Shown here piece by piece: positions 51,051 to 64,000 of a DNA stretch of 64,000 bases. The number at the start of each line of letters is the position of its first letter. The stretch's first letter is position 1. The notes below the pieces were generated by a model that did not search any database, was not told the origin of the DNA, and saw only the letters and a program-made list of their open reading frames with translations. This stretch comes from Auanema rhodensis (Eukaryota > Animalia > Nematoda): NCBI GenBank assembly GCA_964057225.1, contig OZ059894.1:16430001-16494000 (forward strand). Reading direction: 5' to 3'. Both the position numbers and the translations under genes were made by a program.

Positions 51051-53681
51051 AGAGCATTAATATAAAACATAAATATGTGAAAAATTAAAGAAATAATATA
51101 ATAAAAATGAATAAACATGCTCAAAATAGGAGAAATTGACGTACAAGAAGTGAACTATGAAGCACTTTTTAAGAACATAAGAGTCGATAAGAATTAAATT
51201 ATAAGCAAAAAAATAAAAAATACAAAAAACTGTGATCAATATGAGCTAATAATAGAAAAACTTTTTGTATTGGGGAGCAGAATAGAGGCTCGAAGTTTCT
51301 CGCGTTTAGCTTGAGAAACGTTATGGACTTTCGCGGCTTTTATTCAAAAGATATTTTTGAATGAAGTCACTATTCTCGTGTGGATCTAATAGTTACCTTC
51401 ATTGTAGCTAGAAACATTGAAGAACTTAGAAAGAAAGCACGAATAAGAGCGCAAAATGAAAAATTTCTTCGAATCAGGTGAATAGAAGAAGCACTCGTTC
51501 TGGCAAGCTTAGCTCAAATGAGTGCCACATTTTTCTTCCACAATAGGTATTCTTTTTGTATCTATCTTGACAGAAATGCTCATGATTCAGCTAAAGTTAA
51601 CAACAAAATTGAAATGAAGCCGAAAATAGTTGAACAAGCCTGCAAAATTTCAGTTCTATCAGTTCTAGAATCCAATTGGGCTCTATTTTAAACGAAGTCG
51701 TTTCATGAACAACGTCTTTTAGGTTGAAACTACTTTATGAAAAGTACATGAAAAAACAGCTGGAAAGACATAGAATTCAGTTAAAATAGGTTTTTAAGTG
51801 AGAACTCAGGCGTTTTCTGTTATTGTACGTTCGTGGAAAAGCTTTATGACAAAAACCACTTAAACGACTTCCCACAACGAATTACAAAGACAGATGAATG
51901 AGTTCAAGAAGATGTAATGACAGAACAAAGCATAATATTTGAAAACATTACATTAAAAATAAAATATTACCAAGATTAAAAATGATTGAAATAAAACAAT
52001 TTTATATGTGAAGCATACGAACGCAACGAGTTAAAAAAAAAGGTAAAACAGCGATGTTACATCACTTTAATGGATATAATATATGGAAATGTAAATTGCA
52101 ATAAAGAAGAAAGGTATAATATATTCATATTTTAAATAAAAAGCTTTAGATTGGTTGAAAATGAAAGGAAAACAGCTAATATATAGTATAGTATAGTGTA
52201 TATAATATATAGATATATATCGAGATATAACTATATATAACTATATATATATACTTCAGAAATAGTTAACACTACATACTACATATGAAGCAGATGCTTC
52301 AAGAAAGAAGCCGAACGATGAATAAAGAGAGAAATACACAGTAAAGGATGTTAATCAAATTTGTGAAAAAAAAGCTTTAATATAATGACACAAAAGATGA
52401 GGAAGCAAAAATGAAAATTTTATATTTTTAGAAAAAATGGCTAATGATCAGAAAAAATTTAAAAAATGAGGTAGAAGCTTTGTGAAGTCGAATAACGAGA
52501 CGAAGATTTGAAAATTTACGTCATATTTACAGTTGTTGGAGGCTTTGAAAGAGATGTCACAACGCTAAGAAAACGGAATAGTGATATATGGAAAGGATAT
52601 ACTTGATCCATTCATCAAAAAAGCAATGGATATAGGGGAAAAGAGGGAAGTATTTGTTGCGCATTGATATTTTATATATATTTTATAGAAATATCTATTT
52701 GTAAATTTTTAAATGGAATATGAGTCAGGAACTTATCCAAGTTTACGGATGAGTAGGAGATGGATGAGGAGCTGAAGTCAAATGTATGTTGAAGTCTAGC
52801 TGTTACTCAAAATCCATGGCAGAACGAAAATATGATATTGATGGCAAATACATAGGTTGGATTTTTTTCAAACGAAATTGGAGCATTGTGAAAAAACTAT
52901 GAAAAAGCTGTATGGAATAAGTTACGAAGTGTGATGCCATCCAGAAGATGGAGAGCAAAGGCAATAGGTCTCAATCAAATAAATGATTTCATAATGGGCA
53001 TCCTGCCAAGCCCGGAACAAATAAGAAAATAAAAATATGAAAATAAAAATATTTACAAATATCATGAACAATTTTAAATGTCCAGCTTATTTTCTTTCGG
53101 AAGAAAAGAATTGGTCTCAAATCCTGAGTCATGAAAGAATAATTACTTCTGACACGACAAGATGGCTTTTCGCAAATTAGCAAATGCTGACTCCAGTTGT
53201 CAGAACATCTTCTTTCATAGATTTGGCAAAAAAATTGGAAGAAAGTAAATACAGCTTTTAGAAGTAAATAACGGATGAAGCTCGTTAAGTTAAATGAATA
53301 CCCTGACAGTGGATTACATGAGTATCACCTAGGACAAGCGGGGTGGCTTGTACATAATGAGCTGAGCAACTAGATTCCAATGGTCAGTTAGTTTATCTTG
53401 TCGTCAACGTCTGAGCATGGAAATGAGCTGCTATCGAATGAACAATATAGTACGCTTGACTAGTTAACGAACAGCTCGTCTTCAAGGAACACAATGCTGA
53501 AGAAGAATAGGTAGACAAGATTCAACACACATTTTTGCAGAAATGCTGAATTAAATATATAATCACGCTAATAATGCTGTATAATAAGAATATACAAAAT
53601 CTTTCTGAATATAAAAACAAAACAAAAATAAGAAAAAAAATAATTAGAAAACGATGTGTACATATAAAGATCATTAAACAT

Positions 53682-53708
53682 TTTTGAAGCAGTTATTCTG
53701 CTTCAAAA
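53682..53708. repeat. perfect 11-bp inverted repeat with 5-nt loop upstream of nrx-1
   Basis: ttttgaagcag-ttatt-ctgcttcaaaa. Confidence 0.85.
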
Positions 53709-56700
53709 TGCTCGAAAAGAAAAGAGCACGGAGTAAGTTCAATTTATTTTTTCTTGGTTTGATCTAAGAAAAGACATTTCTGCTAGCGTATCACACGAAG
53801 AAGACAGACAAAAGGGAAAAAAACTGAGAGCAATTGGAAAAACCAGCATGAATATAGACTCTACTAACTCGAGGAGCGTACAAAAACAAAAGTCACAACA
53901 ATCATTCCATTGTCTTATTTTGTAGAAAAACCACTCAACTAAGAAGAAGAAACAGCTGAATATTCATAGAAACTAATTAGTTGAACCGATTAGATCTCAT
54001 TTTGATTTAACACAAGTAGAAATGATCGATTTAAATCTAGGCAATGGATTAACTTTTGTCCTTTGTGTCAAATAACTTAAAAGTGATGACATGAATAAAA
54101 GGGGGGGGAGAAAGAGAAAGAGAAATAGAGAAAAGAGAGAGAGAGATTGAAAGCAAAAGCAAAGCTTGGAAATGTAGCAAGTTGAACTTTGATGGCTGAT
54201 CTCCATAGGAGGGAAGATAAAAAGGGCAATTGTTCTTACAAAATGTTATGACTTCCTAACAAATACAGACCAGGATTGTTAGGAAAAAAAAGATTAATGG
54301 TAAAATTGACCAGAGATTTGTTTACGAATTTTAAAGAGTTGAAAAACGGAAAAGCCTTAAGGCTCGTCAATTTCAGATTGGCCATAAAGAGAATGGCAAC
54401 TTAAAGAAGCTCCGGAACTCTTCGAGTTACGAGGAAGTATCCCATGAACAAGAGAAAACAGTTAGAAACCTAAAAGCATATAGGATCACAACTCAAGTTG
54501 CCATGCTGAGTCACAACATATGAACAGGCTCACAACTACAATAAATATGGAAAAAAAACATGATTCTTCGAGTATATGGAATCAAAATATAAAAATCGTC
54601 AGTAAAAAACCAAGAAAAAGTTTGTTTGTTATACGGGATGAATACTTCTATGTGTTTTAGTAGCAAGCAATGGTTGACTAGCCATCCATAGCTGGTATCA
54701 GAGGGACGAATATAATTATAATAAGATGAGAACAATAACAAATTTCAGAAAGCCAATCAACAAAAATGGTCTACATGAGCAAAGGAAAAAAGAAAGTAGG
54801 AACAAACGATAGTAGGAGGAAACTCTTCAAATTAGGCGAATGCGGTTCAACTTGGTTCAATGGCTCTGAAGATCGGAAAATTATCTGCTAATTAATCACA
54901 TAGAATAGACGTCCAAGTACATAGAAGGAGCATTTGAACTAAACTAAATAGTAAATTGAGAAAACAATACGAATGATGCGGAAACAAATTAATTCACTAA
55001 CTGATTGAACCTTCGAAGTGCAAACACAAAGATTTCTCTGAAGCTTCAACACATGCATCTCGAGTAACAACACTACTTCACGCCAAAATTGTGTTTAATA
55101 CTAATTGTGTGATTAACGTCTAGTCAGATATGTTTCAGACACTGGAATTCATAGCTGTCTTTAACCCCTGGGACCACAGTCAAAATAACAAAGTTTAGCT
55201 GAAAAAGGCAAAAAGGATGAGGAAAGAAAATTAGAAGAAAAGAAGATGAGGCCTGAGCCACATGGAATTCAACAGCAGCCATCATTCACACATACAAACT
55301 AATTCCAGTTCATTGCAAAAAAAAAGTGATAACAAAGAGGACGAATTCTTCGAAGGCTAGGCAATAAGTTGCAGAAAAACGATGACAAGACATATGATAT
55401 ATCGGCATGAACGGAGAAAAAATATAATTTTTTTCTGTTTGTTCTTTGATTTAACGAATTACACTTGTCAGAAAAAGTTTTCAAAGGCTACAAGAAAGTG
55501 AATTGTTCCAAAAGGACAAGAAGTTTTATTATATTCCTTTCCTTTCGTGTTAGTGAGCCATATTGAGATTTAAAACTATCTCTAGTACAAAGCTCGTGGC
55601 TTAGTAGTGATAGCACAAAATAGTTGAAACCGTACTCTACGACAATGCTAAGTCTAAGTGTCTTCTGTGAAGTTTAGGAGTTTGAAGAAGTGGGAAGCAA
55701 TAGTCACAAGTGGGAAATTTGATAAACTTCCAGAATATATTAGCATAGTACAAGTCAAGACAGAATGTTTACTGTTCATCTTGTTTTTTTAGATATCTTC
55801 AAGTGTTTAATGAATTGTATTATATAAATTTGCAGAGCAAAAAAAAATAAAATTTCAGATATAACGCAGCTCAAGATGGTTATCTGATACCAAGTGCTGA
55901 GCTTTGTTGAAGTCATTTGTGGAGATACAGACTCTTGAAACGTTGTAACTTGACTAATGTCTTCGATGAAACACAAATGAATTGAATCTGCTATATCATA
56001 CTTAATTCAAACTGGACAAAGCTGTGAGGAAGGAACATAGAAAGAGTGCTCGGTTGACTTAGGGATAAGGAGTCAAGATTGAGAATGTATACATCCTTCT
56101 GTCCATCTCTTTCCGCTCTTTTCCTAATAAATGCCTATTCAATGATACCCAAATTCCCTTGGGTTAACTGAACCTCCTTAATCTAGAAATAGTATTAGTG
56201 GTTGTGAGACGACAGAGACAATGCCATCTGATGAATGGACCATCAATGAAGATGATTATGTTTGACGCTCTACTACCGACGCTGAGATTTTCCTTACAAG
56301 TTTTAAGTTCAATATATCAAAATTAGAACGATAAACTAATCAGTCTAAATCATGAGATTGTATTTGAAAAACAATCTGTTTATCACAGGCGAACATCATT
56401 TTCTTCAAAAGAATCAGTATGTTCAATCTAAACATGAAGGATAAACATTTTTAAGATTTTTCTGATGTTAGAAAAGTCAACAAAAACATAAAAAAATTAA
56501 AAATAGGATAAGATTTTCTATTATCATCAAAAAAGTGATTATTAAAACCTATTGAAAAGAAAGACAACATAAAAATATAAAATCAAAACGACAGGAAAAT
56601 TTTAAAAATGAAGGTAATCATTTTCAACGGAAGCTAGGCCTAATTAGTTATTATCGTCAAGATGCCTTCTCGGCAGGCATTTCAGCTTCGAGAATAAACT

Positions 56701-59700
56701 GAATATTTCGGAAAAATTCCGATAGAATAGAACAACTTTAATAGAGCATTCACTATTGAAAGCGGAGAACAAACTTGTTAAGATAAATGAGACAGTCAGA
56801 TTAGGATGAAACTGATCAACTACTGACACAAGATTGAACACATTAACCAAACTTCACAATGAAAGAAAGAAAGAAAGAAGACGAAGCTTAATCATGTAAC
56901 TTAATAGTGGAACAGGTTACTCAAAAAGATACATTGTTCCTTCAAGACGAAGACTGCTTGTGTTTGGTAGAATGGAAGAGAGTGAATCAGATTATGCTCT
57001 GTAATTGTTCGACTTCCGAAGGGCATGCATGAGAAGAGACACTAAGCATCGTATATGAAAAAGAACTTCAACTTTTCGAAGCCAAAGATCAACAGGCTCA
57101 GATGTTTTTAACTAAACAAATAAGGTACCATAATACGTTAATGAGTATATAATAGATCAAATAAAGCTACTGCGTTTTCAGAAAGCAATGTAGATAGAAA
57201 TACTCGAGTAAATCAGCATCGAACATCTCAATGTTGCTACAATGTTCTTGATGATCAAAGTTTTAGATAAAAGTATTGAAATCATGATGATACCAAAGGC
57301 AAATTATAAAAACATTTTTAAAAAATAGTTAAAAGGTGTGAAATAGAAGAGAATAGTAGTTAGATAATAAGTTCTATAGAAGAGAAAGTCAAAAGAGATT
57401 GCTTTACTAGCGACTTTAAGCGGTATCCATGTAGTCCACAAGAGTATGTGGTCTCGCCTGAATTATTGAGAAGTCATAGCACAACTGAAACTGGCAGAAC
57501 ACAAAACTGAACAGACAAATAGGGTGAGTCTAAAACGCATAAATTGAATGAATATGCAAAGAAAGTCACCAGGAATTTATCTTGAATTCTTAAAATTGTT
57601 TTAAGCCTTAAAAAAACTTCCGAAAACTGCTAATTGTAGTGAGAAATAAATTAAAATATCATCTGACAAAACAAAAGCTTAATTTTCCTGAATATAGTGA
57701 ATACCGCTAACTGGTGGTATTATGTGCAACACAAATTTCACGAGCAAACGTTCAATGAACTACATGAAAACGAAAAGACGATCTAGATATCTTGCGCTTA
57801 CGCACTTCGTTTCTCCGCCGGCAGTTTCAGGAAATTAAGTTGCGACAAATAGAGGGAGAAAGAAAGTTATAACTACACATTGAAGACAAAGCTCAACTGA
57901 ATAATTTCAGGCATACTACTAGGTCGATTGCATCTTAGTATCTAATGGGAACATGCTCGTTTAAATATAACATCTCATTCAGCAATATTCTATTTGTATT
58001 CTTAGGATTTTCGATGCGACTTGATGAATTTCCATATTAATTTTCCTAATATAGGCAGGAAACATGCCATGACTATCAGAAAACAGGATATATTTTGAGC
58101 TAGCTATTATCCATTGGAGAAAAAGTGCCTACGATTGAGCTGTTTGAGATTCTGTCTGTTTTCAAAGCATCAAAATAGATATAACTTGGATATAGGGAAG
58201 ACAGTCGTGGCGACACCATCATAGCACAATCAAACAAGGCTCAACCTTATTGGGAGAGCAAAGTTTGACAAGCATCAGAAAAATGAAGAATGAAAAAAAG
58301 CATTTTGTCATTTTCAGATCAGCTGCCCATAACTTCGATGCAATGCTTGACTCGTCTTAGAATCCCCCTAAGGAAGTGGCCGGCGGCGACACGAGACGCA
58401 GCAGAATGCTTGTTCAGGAGGAGGAAGACGTAGAAAGAAGAAGAAAGATAGGGATAATATATATGTCTGTGTATATTTTTCAAGAGACTGGCCAAAGGGA
58501 AGAGGAAGAAAAGAAAATAAGAGAGATACAATCCTTGTGAGGAAAACGGTCAGATAAAAACGATAGAGAACAAAGGGAGAAACGACTGAAAGGAGTCATG
58601 CTTCTTAGAGGGCACAGGAGACTAGATGAAAGAGCAACAAACGAGTTGGGACTCTTTCCCAAGAGAGCTGTAAAGACATAAGATACGAGTCTGTGAGGCC
58701 CGATTTCGAATACTTTTAATATACTAGACACTTGTATAATGGCGAACAGCCAGCTGCGAACAAGCACGTCAGGAGTTCTCTGTTTGTTGCTTCAATAAAT
58801 CGAACTATAATATTACTTAATATCAACAGTTTAGAAAATTATTAACAAACACAACTTATTTCAATTGCTTATAGTCAAATGCTTATCAGAGTTAATGAAT
58901 TGATTAATTTTTCATGAATTACAGAGTAAAAATGTCGAAAAACTTGCATAAAATATTAGTATACAGAAAATTATTACAGGTGTCAGCTCGTTTTCCAAAA
59001 GAAAACAAAGAGTTTAATAGAAATGAACACGATAGAAGGACATCGATATGCTTTTCACATCAGAAAAATAAATACTGCTTGGCATATATCAGATGAATTT
59101 CCAACTGAAGATCGGATGTCCGGGATACAAATTGCAAACATCCTCAGTTCTACAATCGTTTTCAACGCTTTTCTATGGAAAGGTGAATAGAAAAATTCAT
59201 CAGAATGAAACAGGCAAACTTTCCATGAAAAATTTCAAGCGAAAACTAGACAAAAGCTAAGTAAGTCTGGAGATATATATATCTATATTATTCCGTGTAT
59301 TTATCATCAAGGTGGCCACTTGTCCCTAAGGAGCACACAAAACCGAAAACCTTTCTGCAAAAATTCAACTTTTTGTCAAAATCTGTCATAAATGACAACG
59401 CACACAAATTTAAATTATTCCCTATGGGTGAGGTTAAACAGATGTGTTTTACTAAAAACAAAAGACAATTGCAGAGTGATAAAGCAGATTCAGCGGAGAA
59501 AAAACTCAAAGATCTACTTTCAGATGAAACAAAAGAAATATTGAGCATTCAATTTGAAGTTAGTAGAATTGAAAACACTAAGAAGGTTAACTCACACAAA
59601 ATAGAAACATTACGGAAAGCATTCCAACTAAAGAAGATATGCTCATTAGGATCTTTTCAATATAACTAGAATCATTTGTCATTCGCCACGTAATTTATAA

Positions 59701-61636
59701 ATTTGCATAAAATCTAAAATCTTATGTTAATCATATGCAGATGACTGCAATTGTAGATAAGAGCACAAATGTTTTGTTAACTAAAAGAGTAAGTTGTACA
59801 TCAAATTACTTTATAAAGATGAAATCATAATTCAAAAGTAATACCATTGAAATTAAAGCTATTAATATATAAAATGCTTTTAACTGTTTCATTTATGGGC
59901 TAAGTTTTACATTCAACATGCATATAGTAGGTGAAGTAAAACGGAATAACTAGAAAACAAAAGTTCCCAAACTAAATTCGATTTCTAATAGCCTATGTTA
60001 GGACATATGTATATGGCTACTCTTGCCTAATGATCCTATAATGAAGAACGGGCCGTTTCCTCGTATTTGCGGTAACAAAGTAACAAATGATAAGTGGAGC
60101 GTCACCTATTTCTTCATGTCTTATAATAGAAAGAGGAAACTAAGCGAAAAACTGCAAATCATTAGACTCTATTACTATATATGCTGAAATATTTGCTTTT
60201 GATAAAGCTGATGAAAAATGAGGCATGGCTAGAGAACATAAATTTCATCCAAAAACTGAAAACGACAATGACTTTGCAACAATGCAACAGCATTCATTTA
60301 GAAAATTTAAAATTTCTAGCATGTGAGAAAGTGTTGAAAGTCACGGAAGGTCAAGATTTTAGAGGGCAATGACATAACACCCACGGGATTTGTTTCAATG
60401 ATTGGGAACACTTGATTTAACGTTTCGTTTGCCTACAATGAGCCAGAAAGATGAATTCATTCTAGCACATCAAGTAAAAAAGAAATTGCGAAATAACAAG
60501 GTGTTACCAAAAATGTTTGAAAGAGAAAATCCAGAAACTACGCTTATCTATATCCATATATGGGCAAAGAGATCGTTTGTCTTATGTAGTCCTTAGAGAG
60601 GCTTTCCAGTAACTTAAAGAATTCCAATGACTCTTCGAGTCCAATCAAACTGATTCTTAGAAGGTCAATCGAAAACTTAGACATGTTTGACAGTTATGGT
60701 ACATCAAGTAGTTCAAAGACTCGAAAAGAACAAAACGAACACTTTTATAAAAAAAACATTGCTTTTTGATCCGTTGTTCAGCCAGTGGTATGCAACCAGT
60801 TCACAGCATTTCAACATATAAAATGATATTATATCCAATAAGGAAGAATAAACAGTAATAATATTAGAAAAATGATCACATATATGAAGAAAATAATAAC
60901 TTAAAGAAATAGTTCTATAGAATCATCTCTATTGAAACATTTACAACTGCCCTTCCTACTTTGCTAAAATGACACATATTAAAGCCCCAGAGATTTTAGA
61001 AAAAGAAATTTGACATTTGTTCTGCTCTTCATATATCTTTGGCTGAAACAAGCTAAATTATATGAACCTGAATTCCGGGTTTCTTAAGAGATGAGTCAAT
61101 CTACATCTGTTTAATCAGTTATGCTTTATGCATTAGTCACCCCTTCCGGACAAGCATAATTGTCTCCTAGGAAAGCAAAGCGATGGGTCAGGAAGCCAAA
61201 TTCTGCTCCGTGACCACAACGAAGACAAATTGGATGATCGGAAATGTTAATTCACGCAGAGATTGGTTGGATAGGAAGTATATGGGCATGAAATAAGATA
61301 GGATGGTTAATGTCAAAAATAACATCATTATTTCAGGTAGAATATTAAATAAAGAAAACGAAATATATTATTTTAACAGAAAAAACAACATGTATAGTAA
61401 TCTTCAAAACGAAGAAACAATAGACAACAGATAAAATTTTGGAACAGAGATAAAAAGATAAAATACAGCATAAAACAAGAAAAACATAAAAAGCAAAAAA
61501 CAGTGCACATTAAACAAGATGGTGGATTATCAATTAAAACAACATATCTGTTCACCTTCTTATTTGTTGAAACGGGAATGAAGCAACGCCAATATTTCAT
61601 ACAATTTTTAAAGTGAATCTTAAGTCTTACTTAATA

Positions 61637-63515
61637 TCAAACATATTTTCCACCTAGGTCAGACATGCGTCTAACATTTTTAAGAAGACTTGGTGATAAT
61701 TCCTGAATAACAATTACTGGAGGTCGGTAATTCTGAAATTAACATGTTAATTCGAATTATAAACAATCGGCCAACTTTTCCCAAATAAGTTTCAACGAGT
61801 GCTTGGTCATCTCCATCATTATTAGCACCTTCTTCCTGGCCATTATTCGTACTTTTGCTCTCAGTCGGCTCTACCTAGAGTAATAAATTATTTAAAAAAA
61901 TTAAATGAATTTATTACCTTAATATCTTTTTTAAAACAGTTGATCCTATAAGGTTTTTTGACATTCGGTTTATATTCTATATCACAATCATTACTGGGGC
62001 ACGTACGACTTTTAGAATTAGGAAACTTCGAACTTCTTCGACGATTTGCTTCATATACATTTGTTTTAATATTCAGACTCTTTTTGTTACCAATTTCATC
62101 ATCAGGAACTGTAATGTTTCGTCCTGTATCGTTTCCCATGCTCAAAAGTTTATTCGTGTCTTCTTGACTTTTATTGGTCGGAAGATTGCCCACAACTTCA
62201 CAGTTCCGACGACGGAAATAATTTTTATCCTGAATATAATTTTAAAAATACAAAAAAAAATTAAAAGCAACCTGGTATCCTGATTGATTCTCACTTGGAA
62301 TAAATGGTTTAATTTCTGCTGTATTTACTGCTTGACAGATCTCCTGTGAATTAGAATTAGAAGAGCTATTCCGTACTGTTTTGAATAACTAAAAATTCTA
62401 ATTAAGTAAACAACAAATTTAAATCCTACATCGTCCCAAGGCTCAAACCGAGATAAAGTACTATATGATTTATTAAGATGTTCTAACACGTTACGATAAT
62501 TCTTATCCTAAATTTTTTTAAATATACGTTGATTTGCTTGGATTACCTGATGTGATGCATTATGGGGTACGCTATTTATAGAAGTAGCTGGCTGGATCGT
62601 ATTCAGATCATTTTTGGCTACCTGTCAACAACTACTAAACGAAAGATAATTGATGCTTACTTGGTTTCTGTTTTGTTCACTTTGAATTGGTACGTTGTTT
62701 TCAATATCAAACTTATCTTTAACTTTTTTTACAGCTTCATACAATTGATCGATCTAAATCACAAAAATACAATGAAAGAAGATGATCACGTTACTTTGTT
62801 CATTATTGAAGGATTTCTTTCATTTATTGACTTAAGTTCATTGAGCAAAGTATCAAATCTCTGTAATTTTGAATTTAAAGAGAGATGAGGGATTGAAGCG
62901 TACAGTATTAAATAGGCTACAAGGTTGGTTTATGTCGTAATTTGCTGTACAATCAGTCACTTTCTTTAAAAAAATACTATTCTACTTCTACAAAGCTTTC
63001 TCCTACCTTTTTTAAATCAGGAAGTTTCAAAGATTCGTCTAAAATAAAATACTATTGTTGAATATGATGTACCTTTAAAGAACAACCATTGTGAACACTT
63101 ATTGAATTTACAACTGGTCGAAGAGCATTGCGTCCTGATTGACAATCAAGTCCTGGAGGGGATTTTCGGATATCCGAACATGACGTAAAATCGAGGTTCG
63201 CCGAATTATTTGGATTCTAATAAGTAAAATATGATGATAAACGAACAGATATTTACTGAGGCGGTCCATGTGAGAGATTTGTTTGTATCATTACTGGTAT
63301 GGCTCACTTGATCATTCAGCACAACATTTCCCAGTTTCTCAGCTTGATTGGCGACCTAATGTGTTTAATTAGAAATTAAAAACTAGTGTTTCTACCGTTT
63401 CAATTAAATTATTCACAACACAACTATAAGTCTTATGGTCATTCTCACTAAACTGCATGAACTCCTTGAAGTTTATTTTCTCCGAGTGTGAAAACTGATT
63501 GCTTCTTTGAGTCAT
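61637..63515 (-). CDS. hypothetical 458-aa N/S/K-rich protein, 13 exons, short central coiled-coil-like segment; family not recognised
   Basis: Exons 63396-63515, 63257-63355, 63087-63216 (donor choice uncertain), 63007-63038, 62904-62963, 62795-62860, 62661-62753, 62547-62621, 62430-62507, 62272-62388, 61918-62229, 61776-61874, 61637-61732. All introns are GT-AG and 39-48 nt; the spliced frame is open from MTQRSNQFSHSEK to ...VRRMSDLGGKYV*. A ttttaag acceptor lies 1 nt before the ATG. Confidence 0.8.
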
Positions 63516-64000
63516 ACTTAAAATACTATCTTTCTGTTGAAATGAACAGAAAATAATAAGTATATTAGCGTTGATACACTAATTATAAAGCTATAATTTC
63601 AGAAACCATTTACAGAAAAACAATACAAAATGATAAAATGATAAAACAATATCAACACTTGCAAAAGTTTAAAAATACGCTAAATACGAAATATTGCGCC
63701 AACCAGTAGTAGCTTGCATTAAAACTTTGAAAATAATAGCATTTCTATAAACTTGAAAATTGCTAATGTCTTTTCTAGTAAATATATAAAACAAAATATA
63801 AATGAAGCCTAAAACATAGAAATATTTCAATAGTCTTCTTATTTCTCTTTCTCATTGAGATATATGATATGGATCTGTTAAACGAAGATCTGTTCCTCTT
63901 AACCGCAAAACTATACCACATTTTTTACCAGATGATAAAATAGGCTCGGCAGTGGATATTTCTTCACTGTTCAATCTTTATGAGACACAAAAATAGAACT

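Noticed and set aside
59295-59669. 124-aa plus ORF upstream of nrx-1
   Set aside because: Non-ATG start, no recognisable domain or exon structure
63670-64000. Possible terminal exons of another gene at the right edge (operon-like spacing to the orphan gene)
   Set aside because: Short open frames exist on both strands but none can be chosen without sequence beyond the window
1-64000. tRNA, rRNA, SL RNA genes, CRISPR arrays, intact transposons
   Set aside because: No such motifs, long terminal repeats or transposase/RT ORFs were seen by eye; degenerate copies could be missed

Overview
AT-rich nematode genomic DNA (TTTCAG/TTTTAG-type acceptors, many 39-50 nt introns; proteins closest to rhabditid/C. 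elegans-like sequences as I recall them). Three intron-rich genes, all on the minus strand: (1) the 5' part of a TRIM9/TRIM67-family ligase (madd-2; split RING + two B-boxes, 4234-5414, continuing off the left edge); (2) a complete alpha-neurexin (nrx-1; 23536-51035; 37 core exons, 6 LNS + 3 EGF, Cys-loop, Ser/Thr stalk, TM, ...KEWYV PDZ ligand; 1818 aa with the long stalk by my exon sum); (3) a 13-exon, 458-aa gene of unrecognised family (61637-63515). The main signal is a hidden splice-code in the neurexin introns: in-frame microexons at the positions of vertebrate SS2 (27 nt) and SS6 (36 nt), a second Cys-loop exon plus a signal-peptide exon that would give a gamma-type short isoform, an alternative donor that adds or removes 253 aa of mucin stalk, and a candidate terminal exon encoding a GPI-anchor-like signal (NRXN3 SS5-like). 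All splice models were read by eye and need RNA evidence. No tRNA, rRNA, CRISPR or intact transposon was seen.
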